From a virus, in IMG/VR virus record IMGVR_UViG_3300044692_000034, positions 1 to 64,000 of that record: 64,000 nucleotides of DNA. One strand, written 5' to 3'. Below the pieces are notes generated by a model, which was not told where the DNA came from, ran no database searches, and saw only the letters and a program-made list of their open reading frames with translations. How positions within the stretch are numbered: the first letter of the stretch is position 1; every line of letters begins with the position of its first letter. A program made the translations under genes and the position numbers. This document shows positions 57,050 through 64,000 of the stretch, piece by piece.

Positions 57050-57838
57050 CTACAGCCTGTCCGCCCACGCCTGCCAGACGACCTTCTGGCACAACCGCGA
57101 CGCCTCGGTTGTGTCGACGCGCTCCGGCCATGACTTGGCAGCGATGATCTCCCGCTCCAGAGCGCGAGCCATGTCGAGCGTTCCTTCCAGCTCTTCGGTG
57201 ACCTGGCCGAGAGTCCACTGGCCGCGCTTGATCGCGATGAGCATGTCCGCGTCGTTGCTGGTGCGGTTGACGATGAGCTTCCATGTCTGGAGCAGGTCGA
57301 CGAGCATGTGCGCCAACCGGATCGCATGCGACGCGTTCTTGACGTCGTAACCGAACTCCTCGGCGAGAGCGCGTCGGCGTTCGCCCATGTACGCCTGGTC
57401 GGTCGGCTTGCTCTTCATCTTCGAGACCTGGCCGGCGATGTACCCCATGAACGCCGTGATCGTCTGCTGTGTCATCGTGAACATGCCACGCGACTGGATG
57501 AGCAAGCGCGCCGGCTCGCTCAGAACATCGTAATCGTCGAGCCACAGCATCGTGAGCACGTTCGGGTTGCCCTTGCACAGCAGCCGCACGAACTTCACGA
57601 CATCGTAGATGACGACATCCCATGGGCCGTTCATGACGTTCTTGGTGCCCTGCGAATGCCCGTACGTCTCCAACCCGAAGTAATAGCCGGGCGGCAGCAC
57701 AACGACATCCATCATGTCGATGTCGTCGGTGCCGAAGCGGTCATCGGCCTCCGGCGGGATCGTGGTGCCGTGCGCCTGGCTACCCCGGTATCCCGAGAGG
57801 ATCGCCCACTCAGACGGCTCGTACACGAACTCGGTCAT
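57050..57838 (-). CDS. Pol-beta-superfamily nucleotidyltransferase (phage YcgL/RlaP-like)
   Basis: GSQAHG...DIDMMD, KGNPN, GYDVKNASHAIRL, AIKRG. Confidence 0.88.
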   Translation of the reverse strand: MTEFVYEPSEWAILSGYRGSQAHGTTIPPEADDRFGTDDIDMMDVVVLPPGYYFGLETYGHSQGTKNVMNGPWDVVIYDVVKFVRLLCKGNPNVLTMLWLDDYDVLSEPARLLIQSRGMFTMTQQTITAFMGYIAGQVSKMKSKPTDQAYMGERRRALAEEFGYDVKNASHAIRLAHMLVDLLQTWKLIVNRTSNDADMLIAIKRGQWTLGQVTEELEGTLDMARALEREIIAAKSWPERVDTTEASRLCQKVVWQAWADRL

Positions 57839-57845
57839 GCGTCTC

Positions 57846-58379
57846 CTAGAACGGCACGTGCTGCCGGTTGTGGTCGTTGATCGCATGGCAGGCGCACGCG
57901 CACGGCAACGACCCCATGGGGCCACGCTTCTTGAGGCAATGCTCGTGGTCGCCGCGCACGCAGTCCATCGAATGCATGTCGCGGCCGAGCTGTAGGCGGC
58001 CATGCTGCGGCCCCGGCACCCCACAGTTCGGGCACACATCAACCCAGCCGGCGACCTGTACACGAGGCTGGCACTCGCAGAACCACGGGCCGAGAGTCGG
58101 CGGCTCGTACGGCGGCGTCGTCTCCTCCGCGTACGGCTTCCACCTGTCGTCTCCCGGAGCCGTCTGGATGCGTGTGCCCGGGTGGCTCTGTGTCGCCGGC
58201 ACCGGCTTGCTCCGCATCGTGACCGCGTTGAACGTGAGCTGGTCCCACAGCCGCGTGAACCACTCGACGTCGACGACGAGCGCAGCCGCCTCGGCGGAGT
58301 CTCCCTCGAACCAGTAGACCGCGTTCTCGGTGCTCGCGGCGAGCACCGACCCCGGTGTGCGCTCCTCGTTGTCGCTCAC
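57846..58379 (-). CDS. Hypothetical protein with Cys/His-rich C-terminus
   Basis: CPNC, CACACH. Confidence 0.6.
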   Translation of the reverse strand: MSDNEERTPGSVLAASTENAVYWFEGDSAEAAALVVDVEWFTRLWDQLTFNAVTMRSKPVPATQSHPGTRIQTAPGDDRWKPYAEETTPPYEPPTLGPWFCECQPRVQVAGWVDVCPNCGVPGPQHGRLQLGRDMHSMDCVRGDHEHCLKKRGPMGSLPCACACHAINDHNRQHVPF

Positions 58380-58831
58380 TGCGCACCCTCCGGGATCTTC
58401 TTCATCAGGTAGTAGTTGAGTGCCGTGTCATCCGCCGGCACCGTAGTCGGCCCCTGGTAGACGTACAGGCAGCCGCGACCGTCGTCGGCGTTGTCCGATG
58501 GGCGAAGGTAGATGTACTCGAACTCGCCCATGCCGACGACGAGGAAGCCTGCAACGCCCGTGCCGTGGTTCACGAATGGGACGTAGTGAACGATGGTGTC
58601 GTCGTGCCCGTACTCGGTGGGCGGAAGCAGCAGCTCGATGCCGGACTCGACCACACGGCCGTTGTCGTTCGGGAAGTAGAGGTACACGTAGCCGGGTGCG
58701 ACAGCGATCGGCACCTTGACGTTCGGGTCGTCGTTGCCATTGGCAGGAGGCGCGCCCATGAAGCAGTCGGAGCCCTCGTGGCGTGCCATGAGTGCCTGCA
58801 CTGACCTGTCGAAGTCGTCGGGGTCGAACAC
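58376..58831 (-). CDS. Hypothetical protein
   Basis: GAGGAG RBS + GTG. Confidence 0.75.
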   Translation of the reverse strand: MFDPDDFDRSVQALMARHEGSDCFMGAPPANGNDDPNVKVPIAVAPGYVYLYFPNDNGRVVESGIELLLPPTEYGHDDTIVHYVPFVNHGTGVAGFLVVGMGEFEYIYLRPSDNADDGRGCLYVYQGPTTVPADDTALNYYLMKKIPEGAQ

Positions 58832-58845
58832 TTGCGCTCCTCGTC

Positions 58846-58890
58846 GGTGGTGGGTATAGCCACCCTAGTGAGTGGCTTAGTTCAAAACAA
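58846..58890 (-). promoter_or_regulatory. Family-like promoter TTGTTT-17-TAGGGT followed by non-coding ATACCCACCACC leader
   Basis: -35 at 58885-58890, -10 at 58862-58867. Confidence 0.6.
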
Positions 58891-59180
58891 GCTGGTACGC
58901 ATCGGCTGCGTGTGAGCCTCTATCCACACCTCGACCATGTCAACGTACGATGCTTTGACGTATCTCCTGAGCAGCGCGCCGCCGCACCGAGGGCAGTGAT
59001 AGCCGCGACCGTACATTGGCGTACCCGGTGGCTCGACGTATCCGCAAGGCGGAGAGAGTCTGTGGTCTTCGAACGGATGCGCGAGCCAATAGCCCTCAGC
59101 GAATACTCCCTGACAGACGTAGGCACCACGTATGTACGTCCTGCCGGCCAACGGAGGAAGCCAATGGGTCTGTCTTTCGT

Positions 59181-59537
59181 TCATCGTCGTACCCTCGCGT
59201 GTGGGTCGACCTCGGCATGGTGCTTGTCGCAAAGCAGCATGTCAGGCATGCCGCCCTTGCCGTGGTGCGCCTGGAGCATGCCCGCGTCTCGCACCGGACA
59301 GCGCGTGCCCTGCGGCAAGTCCACAAACACCGTGAGCCCACCAACCGCAGCGCACTGACCCCCGTACAGAGCAAGCATGCGGCGTCTGAAGTCGTCCTGC
59401 TCCCGCCGCTGCCTGCCCTTAGACCAGTGCGCCCCAGCCGGACGGGGCTGAGGCGCACTCGGTTGACACAGACCGCAGTAGCGGTCGCCCTGCGGGATCG
59501 GGCGCGAGCAGTTCTTGCACGTCCCGAAGATCGTCAT
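59181..59537 (-). CDS. HNH-like endonuclease / Zn-binding protein
   Basis: CKNC..YCGLC, FRRRMLALYGGQC, LQAHH, LLCDKHH. Confidence 0.6.
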   Translation of the reverse strand: MTIFGTCKNCSRPIPQGDRYCGLCQPSAPQPRPAGAHWSKGRQRREQDDFRRRMLALYGGQCAAVGGLTVFVDLPQGTRCPVRDAGMLQAHHGKGGMPDMLLCDKHHAEVDPHARVRR

Positions 59538-60200
59538 CTACTGCGTGGTGGAGCGCGTGCCGGTGCCCGTCGGCACCTCGGGGTTGTCCGTCTTCGACGT
59601 GTCCGTCTTGCTGATCTCGGCGGACTCGTCGAGCTGGAGCTTCACCGGCGTGTCGATCTTGAACGGCTGGTCGCTGATGTGCGCACCCTCGGATGGGAAC
59701 CTGAGGATCGCACCCGTGATGGAGATGGCGACGTACCCCGAGTTCGATGTGCCCTGATGGACGCCGTTGGGTTCGGCGAGCCCGATGTCTCCGCACCCGT
59801 CCGGGATGTTCGTGCCGCCACCGATGTGCTGGCAGTAGAGCTGCACCGGATTCGTGACCTCATCTCCGGCCGGCTGCGGCGCGCCGCGCGTGACGTAGTG
59901 CGCGTACGGCGTGCCGTCCATCGCGACCATCGTCACATACCACAGCTTGTTCGGGTCGGCGTCGGCGGTGTAGAAGGCGTCCTGGACGCGGAGCGCGGCG
60001 GAGTCGTGCAGGTACGGCAGCTTCTCGGCCTTGCGCAGCTCACTGATCTGCTTGTCGATGTACGTGACGTCCTGCTGGACGATGTTCTGCTGAGCCTTGA
60101 CGAGCTTGCGCTTCGCGGCGCTCGTGCATGCCGTGGCGCCGAGCCCCAGGGGGACGATAAGCAGCAGCCACAGCCAACGACGACGACGATTCTTGAACAT
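59538..60200 (-). CDS. Putative lipoprotein
   Basis: RRRRWLWLLLIVPLGLGATA-C lipobox-like signal. Confidence 0.75.
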   Translation of the reverse strand: MFKNRRRRWLWLLLIVPLGLGATACTSAAKRKLVKAQQNIVQQDVTYIDKQISELRKAEKLPYLHDSAALRVQDAFYTADADPNKLWYVTMVAMDGTPYAHYVTRGAPQPAGDEVTNPVQLYCQHIGGGTNIPDGCGDIGLAEPNGVHQGTSNSGYVAISITGAILRFPSEGAHISDQPFKIDTPVKLQLDESAEISKTDTSKTDNPEVPTGTGTRSTTQ

Positions 60201-60214
60201 GGGCGGTGCGGGCC

Positions 60215-60799
60215 TCAGCCGCAGTCGACGGAGTACCCGTCGGGGATCGGGTTGGGGAGCGTGATGCGGTCCGGCAGCCCCGCGTCCTTGAACACGTTCG
60301 CGGTGCTCTGCGCAGAGCGACTGTTGTAGTCGGCGGCGGACTTCGCCGCGACGTCACGAGCCGCCGACAGGTCCTGCTGGTCCGTCGTGATGTTCTTGAT
60401 GGCGACCTGCTGCTGGAGTGGGTCGCTGACGTCCTTCGCGGCGGCCTCGTCGGTCGCGAGCGTCTGCTGCGCGTTGCGGATCACCGCGAGCTGCGAGTTC
60501 ACGTCCTGGCACGTGTTGTGGAAGAACGCGATCTGCGCCTGCTTGTTCTCCGGCGAGTACACCTGCTTGTCCGTCCTGGAATTGACGGTGTGCTTCGCCG
60601 CCTCCCCCTCGAAGAACACAGAGCCCGTCGTCGCGACGCCCACGAGCGCCGCGACGACAAGCACGAGCACGAGCACGCCGACGACCCACTTCAGCGTCAC
60701 CCACCACGGATGCGCCTCGAACTCGTCAGCGCGGTCGTCCCACGTCGGGCTCTCGCGGTAGCGGTCGCGAGCATCGCGACGGGGCTGCCTACGCGACAC
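60215..60799 (-). CDS. Single-TM coiled-coil membrane protein
   Basis: WVVGVLVLVLVVAALVGV...AADYNSRS...FKDAGLPDRI. Confidence 0.75.
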   Translation of the reverse strand: MSRRQPRRDARDRYRESPTWDDRADEFEAHPWWVTLKWVVGVLVLVLVVAALVGVATTGSVFFEGEAAKHTVNSRTDKQVYSPENKQAQIAFFHNTCQDVNSQLAVIRNAQQTLATDEAAAKDVSDPLQQQVAIKNITTDQQDLSAARDVAAKSAADYNSRSAQSTANVFKDAGLPDRITLPNPIPDGYSVDCG

Positions 60800-61226
60800 G
60801 GCTCGCCCACTCCACCTTGATGCCGGCGCGCTTGAGGAAGGAGAGCGCGTCGCCGAGCGCCTTGGCACGACCGTCCTTCTTGCTGTACAGGTCGAGCGGC
60901 GAGCACCGCGCCTGGCCGCTCGCGAGGATCTCGCCGTGCTCGTCGCGGATGATCGCCAAGGTCCGGCCACCCCACGACGACAGATGCGACACGCGCGTCT
61001 TGCCGGCCGCCGCCTCCTCGCGCGTGAGGCCGTTCGCTCGGAGCACCGCGTCGTACTCCTCGCGCTGTCCGATCCTGTCGAGCGGCTTGATGGCCGGCAG
61101 CGTACGGCGGTTCCTGCGCGGCGTGCGCGTGTTCAGCTCCGCCGCGTAGTGGAGGTAGTCGCCATCGGAGCGCCCGTACCGCTCGTGCTGGTATTCGACT
61201 GTGCAACCCTCCATGACTAGTGTCAT
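60789..61226 (-). CDS. Phage hypothetical protein
   Basis: AAGGAG RBS; GQARCSPLDLYSKKDGRAKAL motif. Confidence 0.75.
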   Translation of the reverse strand: MTLVMEGCTVEYQHERYGRSDGDYLHYAAELNTRTPRRNRRTLPAIKPLDRIGQREEYDAVLRANGLTREEAAAGKTRVSHLSSWGGRTLAIIRDEHGEILASGQARCSPLDLYSKKDGRAKALGDALSFLKRAGIKVEWASRVA

Positions 61227-61267
61227 CGTTCTCCTTCTCCGGCCGGTGTACTTGGCTTGAGTCGTGA

Positions 61268-61295
61268 AGTGTACGCGCCGTTTTGGTCAGTGCAA
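61268..61295 (-). promoter_or_regulatory. Leadered family promoter TTGCAC-TGACC..16-TACACT
   Basis: Direct reading. Confidence 0.7.
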
Positions 61296-61505
61296 GCGAC
61301 GCGTGTCGCTGCTACCGAAGCGCCGTGACGCGCCGCACGGCAGATTTCACGTCCTGCGCGAAGAGTTTGATCTCCTTCTCCGCGATGACGTGCTCCGTGT
61401 ACCCTACGTCGCCGCGTCCGGGCGGTTCGTCGCGCTGCGAATGCGGGACGCGAGCAACAACCACGTGACGCTCGACGAACTCAGTTTCGGGCCACTTCTC
61501 CGCGC

Positions 61506-62015
61506 TCATGCGAGACCATCCTCAGGGTCGTACTCCGGCATGCCATCGATGACAGCTGCCATGTCGACGCCGCACTTCGCCAAGTGCTCGACCACTGTTG
61601 CCATCGCCTCGTTGATGGTGACCTTGACGTGTGCCAGCTCGCGGGCGGCCTTGAGCAGGTCTTGCCCGGCGCGCTGGTTGGCAGCGTGCCGGGCGTCGTC
61701 GAGCTGCGCCTCGCTCTCGTTGAGCGCGTCGCACTGCGCCTGCGCGATCGCCATCACGTCCTTGAGTGCCCTCTTGAACGACCACTTCGGGCGGCGGCTC
61801 AAGGCGCGTACCGTCGCGACCCTGTCGACCTCGTGCATCGTGGCGCCGTTCGTGATCACCACCGACAGGCCGCTGTAGTTGTCGCCCCTGGCCGGCGTCT
61901 CGTCGCCGCTGCCCTCGGCGACGGGGTTGTCGCCGACAGGTCGGCATTGCACGACCCACTCGTGGGAGCCGGGTACGATGACTCCCACGGTGCTCAGGTA
62001 CTCCCTCGGTTCCAT
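61506..62015 (-). CDS. Hypothetical protein
   Basis: AGGAGAGG RBS; coiled C-terminus. Confidence 0.7.
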   Translation of the reverse strand: MEPREYLSTVGVIVPGSHEWVVQCRPVGDNPVAEGSGDETPARGDNYSGLSVVITNGATMHEVDRVATVRALSRRPKWSFKRALKDVMAIAQAQCDALNESEAQLDDARHAANQRAGQDLLKAARELAHVKVTINEAMATVVEHLAKCGVDMAAVIDGMPEYDPEDGLA

Positions 62016-62037
62016 AGCCCTCTCCTGCGATGGGTTA

Positions 62038-63792
62038 CTACGAGTTCACGAGGACGAACTCGGCCATGACGCCGGGCGCCGAGGCGTCGAGCCCGACCAT
62101 GTCGAGCGAGTGCGGGTCCCGGGGGCCGCAGATGGACGACCGACCGGCGGTCATCGAGTGAACGATGAGCTTGGCGTTGATGCCCATCTGCTTGCGGTAC
62201 TGGTTCAGCGCCTCGGACGGGTGGATGACGCCGCTCCACGTCTCATTGTCCGTGTACACGACGAACGCGTCGTACTCGCGGCGCTGCTCCAGCGCCCATA
62301 GCATCGGCAGTGCGCAGTCGGTGCCACCGAAGTTGAGGTCGTTGACGGAGGAGCAGACGTCGGTGATCCGCTGGCGCGGGCTCACGTTGAGCTGCGTTAG
62401 GACGGCAGCCGGCGCTGTCCTGTCAGCGTTCGCGATCAGGCCACGCCCGGCCGTGCCGTCGCTGAACGCGACGACGTCGTAGGGGTTGTCGAGCATGAGT
62501 GGCAGACTCATCGCGACGCTTGCCTCTCGTGCCGTGGTGTTCGGCAGGCCGGTGCACATGTTGCGGTTCATTGACTGCGAGACGTCGTACGCGATCAGCA
62601 ACCGCCCCATGGAGACGACGTTGTCGAACGCGAGGTAGTACGCCTCGTCAAGCGCGTCGATGACTCGTGACACCGGGGTCCACGTGCCGGTGCCCTGCTC
62701 GCTGCGCCCGTGCGCGTACGTCCGCGCCGCGACGAACAGCTTCATTGGGTGCACGAGCGAGCGACGGATGTGCTCCGGATTCGAGAGCTGCTGCACGACG
62801 AGGTCGGTCGCGGAGGAGACGCCGGTGAGCAGCGTCTTGCCGTTCTTGTCCGGGCGACTCATGCGCGGCAGGTTCCGGATAAGCGCGGTCATAGGCATGC
62901 CGGCCTTGAGCAGCGCGAACCACACATCGGACGTCATGTGCTCGGCTGGGATCGCCTCGTGCGGCACCGCCCGGCCGTATGCCGCGATCGTCGCGCACAC
63001 ATCCTGCGGGCTCGTCGCCTTCACCAGCTCCTCGTACGCCACGACCGGCCCGATGAACGCCGCGTACCGCTCGGGGTCGTGGTCGTTCAGGATGTCGTTG
63101 TACTCCGCCTTCTCGCGATGCGTCGCCCAGTCGATGAGCGTGCGGTGCTGCCAGCTCGCCATCGCCGTGCCCTGCTCATGCAGGGGCAGGCCCCCGAGGT
63201 AGCCTCCCTCGACGGCGTACGGGTGCGCCTGCCGCATGACGTCACGGTGCGTCCACCCGTACCGCTGCCGGTACTTGACCATCTGGTACGCGACGTCTTC
63301 GGCCGACTTGTTCAGGTACCAGCGGGTGATGGCCTTGCGGAACCCGCGTCCCCAGCCGCGCATGTCCTCGCAGAAGGACAGGAACATGAACAGGGTGCTC
63401 GCGGTGCGGCACACGACGGGGATCGCAGCGAGGCCGGCCTCGCGGACGTCCTGGCGCTCGTGCGAGCAGAGCACGGCGAGCGCGTAGATGCCCGGGTCCT
63501 GCTTCGGGGCGCGGCCCGCCACGCTCACGTTCACGACCTCGGCAACGGTGCGGACGGCGTCCTTCTCGATGCACCGCAGCAGCGCGTCGACGTTGTCGAG
63601 CGTGAGCTTGTCCTGCCCGGCGTAGTACGTGCCGCCTTCGCTGCCGATGACGAGCCACCGGCGCAGACGCGCCCAATCGCCCGCCTGCCATACGTACCCG
63701 CCCGCCGGATTCTTGACCTGGCCCGAACCCGGAAGCGGCCGCGACTGCGGCGTCTTCACCGCACGTCTGGTGCCTCTCTTCAGGTAGCTCAT
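62038..63792 (-). CDS. rsr: Ro60/Rsr TROVE + vWA RNA-binding protein
   Basis: NPAGGY, GSEGGTYY, GRAPK, GWGRGFR, KYRQRYGWTHRD, MPMTALIRNL, MIDAS DVSQSM, GGTDCALPM, YTDNETW; GAGGAG RBS. Confidence 0.95.
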   Translation of the reverse strand: MSYLKRGTRRAVKTPQSRPLPGSGQVKNPAGGYVWQAGDWARLRRWLVIGSEGGTYYAGQDKLTLDNVDALLRCIEKDAVRTVAEVVNVSVAGRAPKQDPGIYALAVLCSHERQDVREAGLAAIPVVCRTASTLFMFLSFCEDMRGWGRGFRKAITRWYLNKSAEDVAYQMVKYRQRYGWTHRDVMRQAHPYAVEGGYLGGLPLHEQGTAMASWQHRTLIDWATHREKAEYNDILNDHDPERYAAFIGPVVAYEELVKATSPQDVCATIAAYGRAVPHEAIPAEHMTSDVWFALLKAGMPMTALIRNLPRMSRPDKNGKTLLTGVSSATDLVVQQLSNPEHIRRSLVHPMKLFVAARTYAHGRSEQGTGTWTPVSRVIDALDEAYYLAFDNVVSMGRLLIAYDVSQSMNRNMCTGLPNTTAREASVAMSLPLMLDNPYDVVAFSDGTAGRGLIANADRTAPAAVLTQLNVSPRQRITDVCSSVNDLNFGGTDCALPMLWALEQRREYDAFVVYTDNETWSGVIHPSEALNQYRKQMGINAKLIVHSMTAGRSSICGPRDPHSLDMVGLDASAPGVMAEFVLVNS

Positions 63793-63824
63793 CAGGTCAC
63801 AACTCCTCTCCGGTGAAGTTAGGG

Positions 63825-63955
63825 CGTCGCACGGGCATGTTGCGTGAACCTTGTCCGCCGGCAACGCTCACGCGTCCCGACCTTAGATACCGCTCTATGA
63901 GCGACGTATCAGGGTTTCAACCTGAGATAACAGACTCACAGCGGCCCGTACGACG
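63825..63955 (-). ncRNA. Candidate Y RNA (YrlA-like, tRNA-mimic domain)
   Basis: Terminal stem GTCGTACGGGC/GCCCGTGCGAC; T-arm TCAGG-TTGAAAC-CCTGA followed by a closed hairpin; directly upstream of rsr. Confidence 0.75.
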
Positions 63956-63961
63956 TAGAGC

Positions 63962-63989
63962 AGAGTACACCATGCCAGCGACCCCGCAA
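63962..63989 (-). promoter_or_regulatory. Promoter TTGCGG-16-TACTCT for the Y RNA-rsr transcript
   Basis: Predicted TSS ~63955 coincides with the 5' end of the terminal stem. Confidence 0.75.
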
Positions 63990-64000
63990 CCAACAAACAG

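Noticed and set aside
24-63816. Long plus-strand ORFs in the track (e.g. 350-1345, 38601-40217, 59016-60329, 62710-63816)
   Set aside because: Antisense shadows of GC3-rich minus-strand genes; Arg/Ala/Val-rich translations with no recognisable motifs
63793-63864. N-terminal extension of Ro60 given by the ORF track
   Set aside because: GAGGAG RBS supports ATG 63792, and the extension overlaps the candidate Y RNA

Overview
This is a 64 kb segment of a large, very GC-rich dsDNA tailed phage (or prophage), probably of an actinobacterial-type host; the host call is inferred from GC content and pervasive leaderless genes. Essentially all real genes lie on the minus strand, densely packed with stop/start overlaps. 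Positions 1-2.1 kb are mostly non-coding and repeat-rich. Positions 2.3-36.2 kb hold well over 100 small accessory genes organised as about 29 short cassettes. Each cassette is headed by the same composite promoter (YGAAC-N8/9-TTGCNN-YGAC..-16/17 bp spacer-TAGTCT-like) whose start site falls on a leaderless ATG; 27 of 29 first proteins start Met-Pro and 22 of 29 start MPT. Positions 37.9-38.6 kb contain two atypical tRNAs and a structured non-coding block. Positions 38.6-63.8 kb carry larger genes: papain-like peptidase, double glycosyltransferase, Gfo/Idh/MocA oxidoreductase, LuxR-HTH, terminase large subunit, HslV/proteasome-beta-like protease, NADAR, ASCH-like, DUF4326, SNF2 helicase, PD-(D/E)XK nuclease, TOPRIM protein, Pol-beta nucleotidyltransferase, HNH-like protein and a Ro60/TROVE gene. 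The Ro60 gene is immediately preceded by a candidate Y RNA with its own promoter. Other candidate RNAs are a 54-nt tRNA-Ala-like minihelix ending in ACCA and a ~215-nt multi-hairpin RNA. All calls come from manual reading and motif recognition; no database searches were run.
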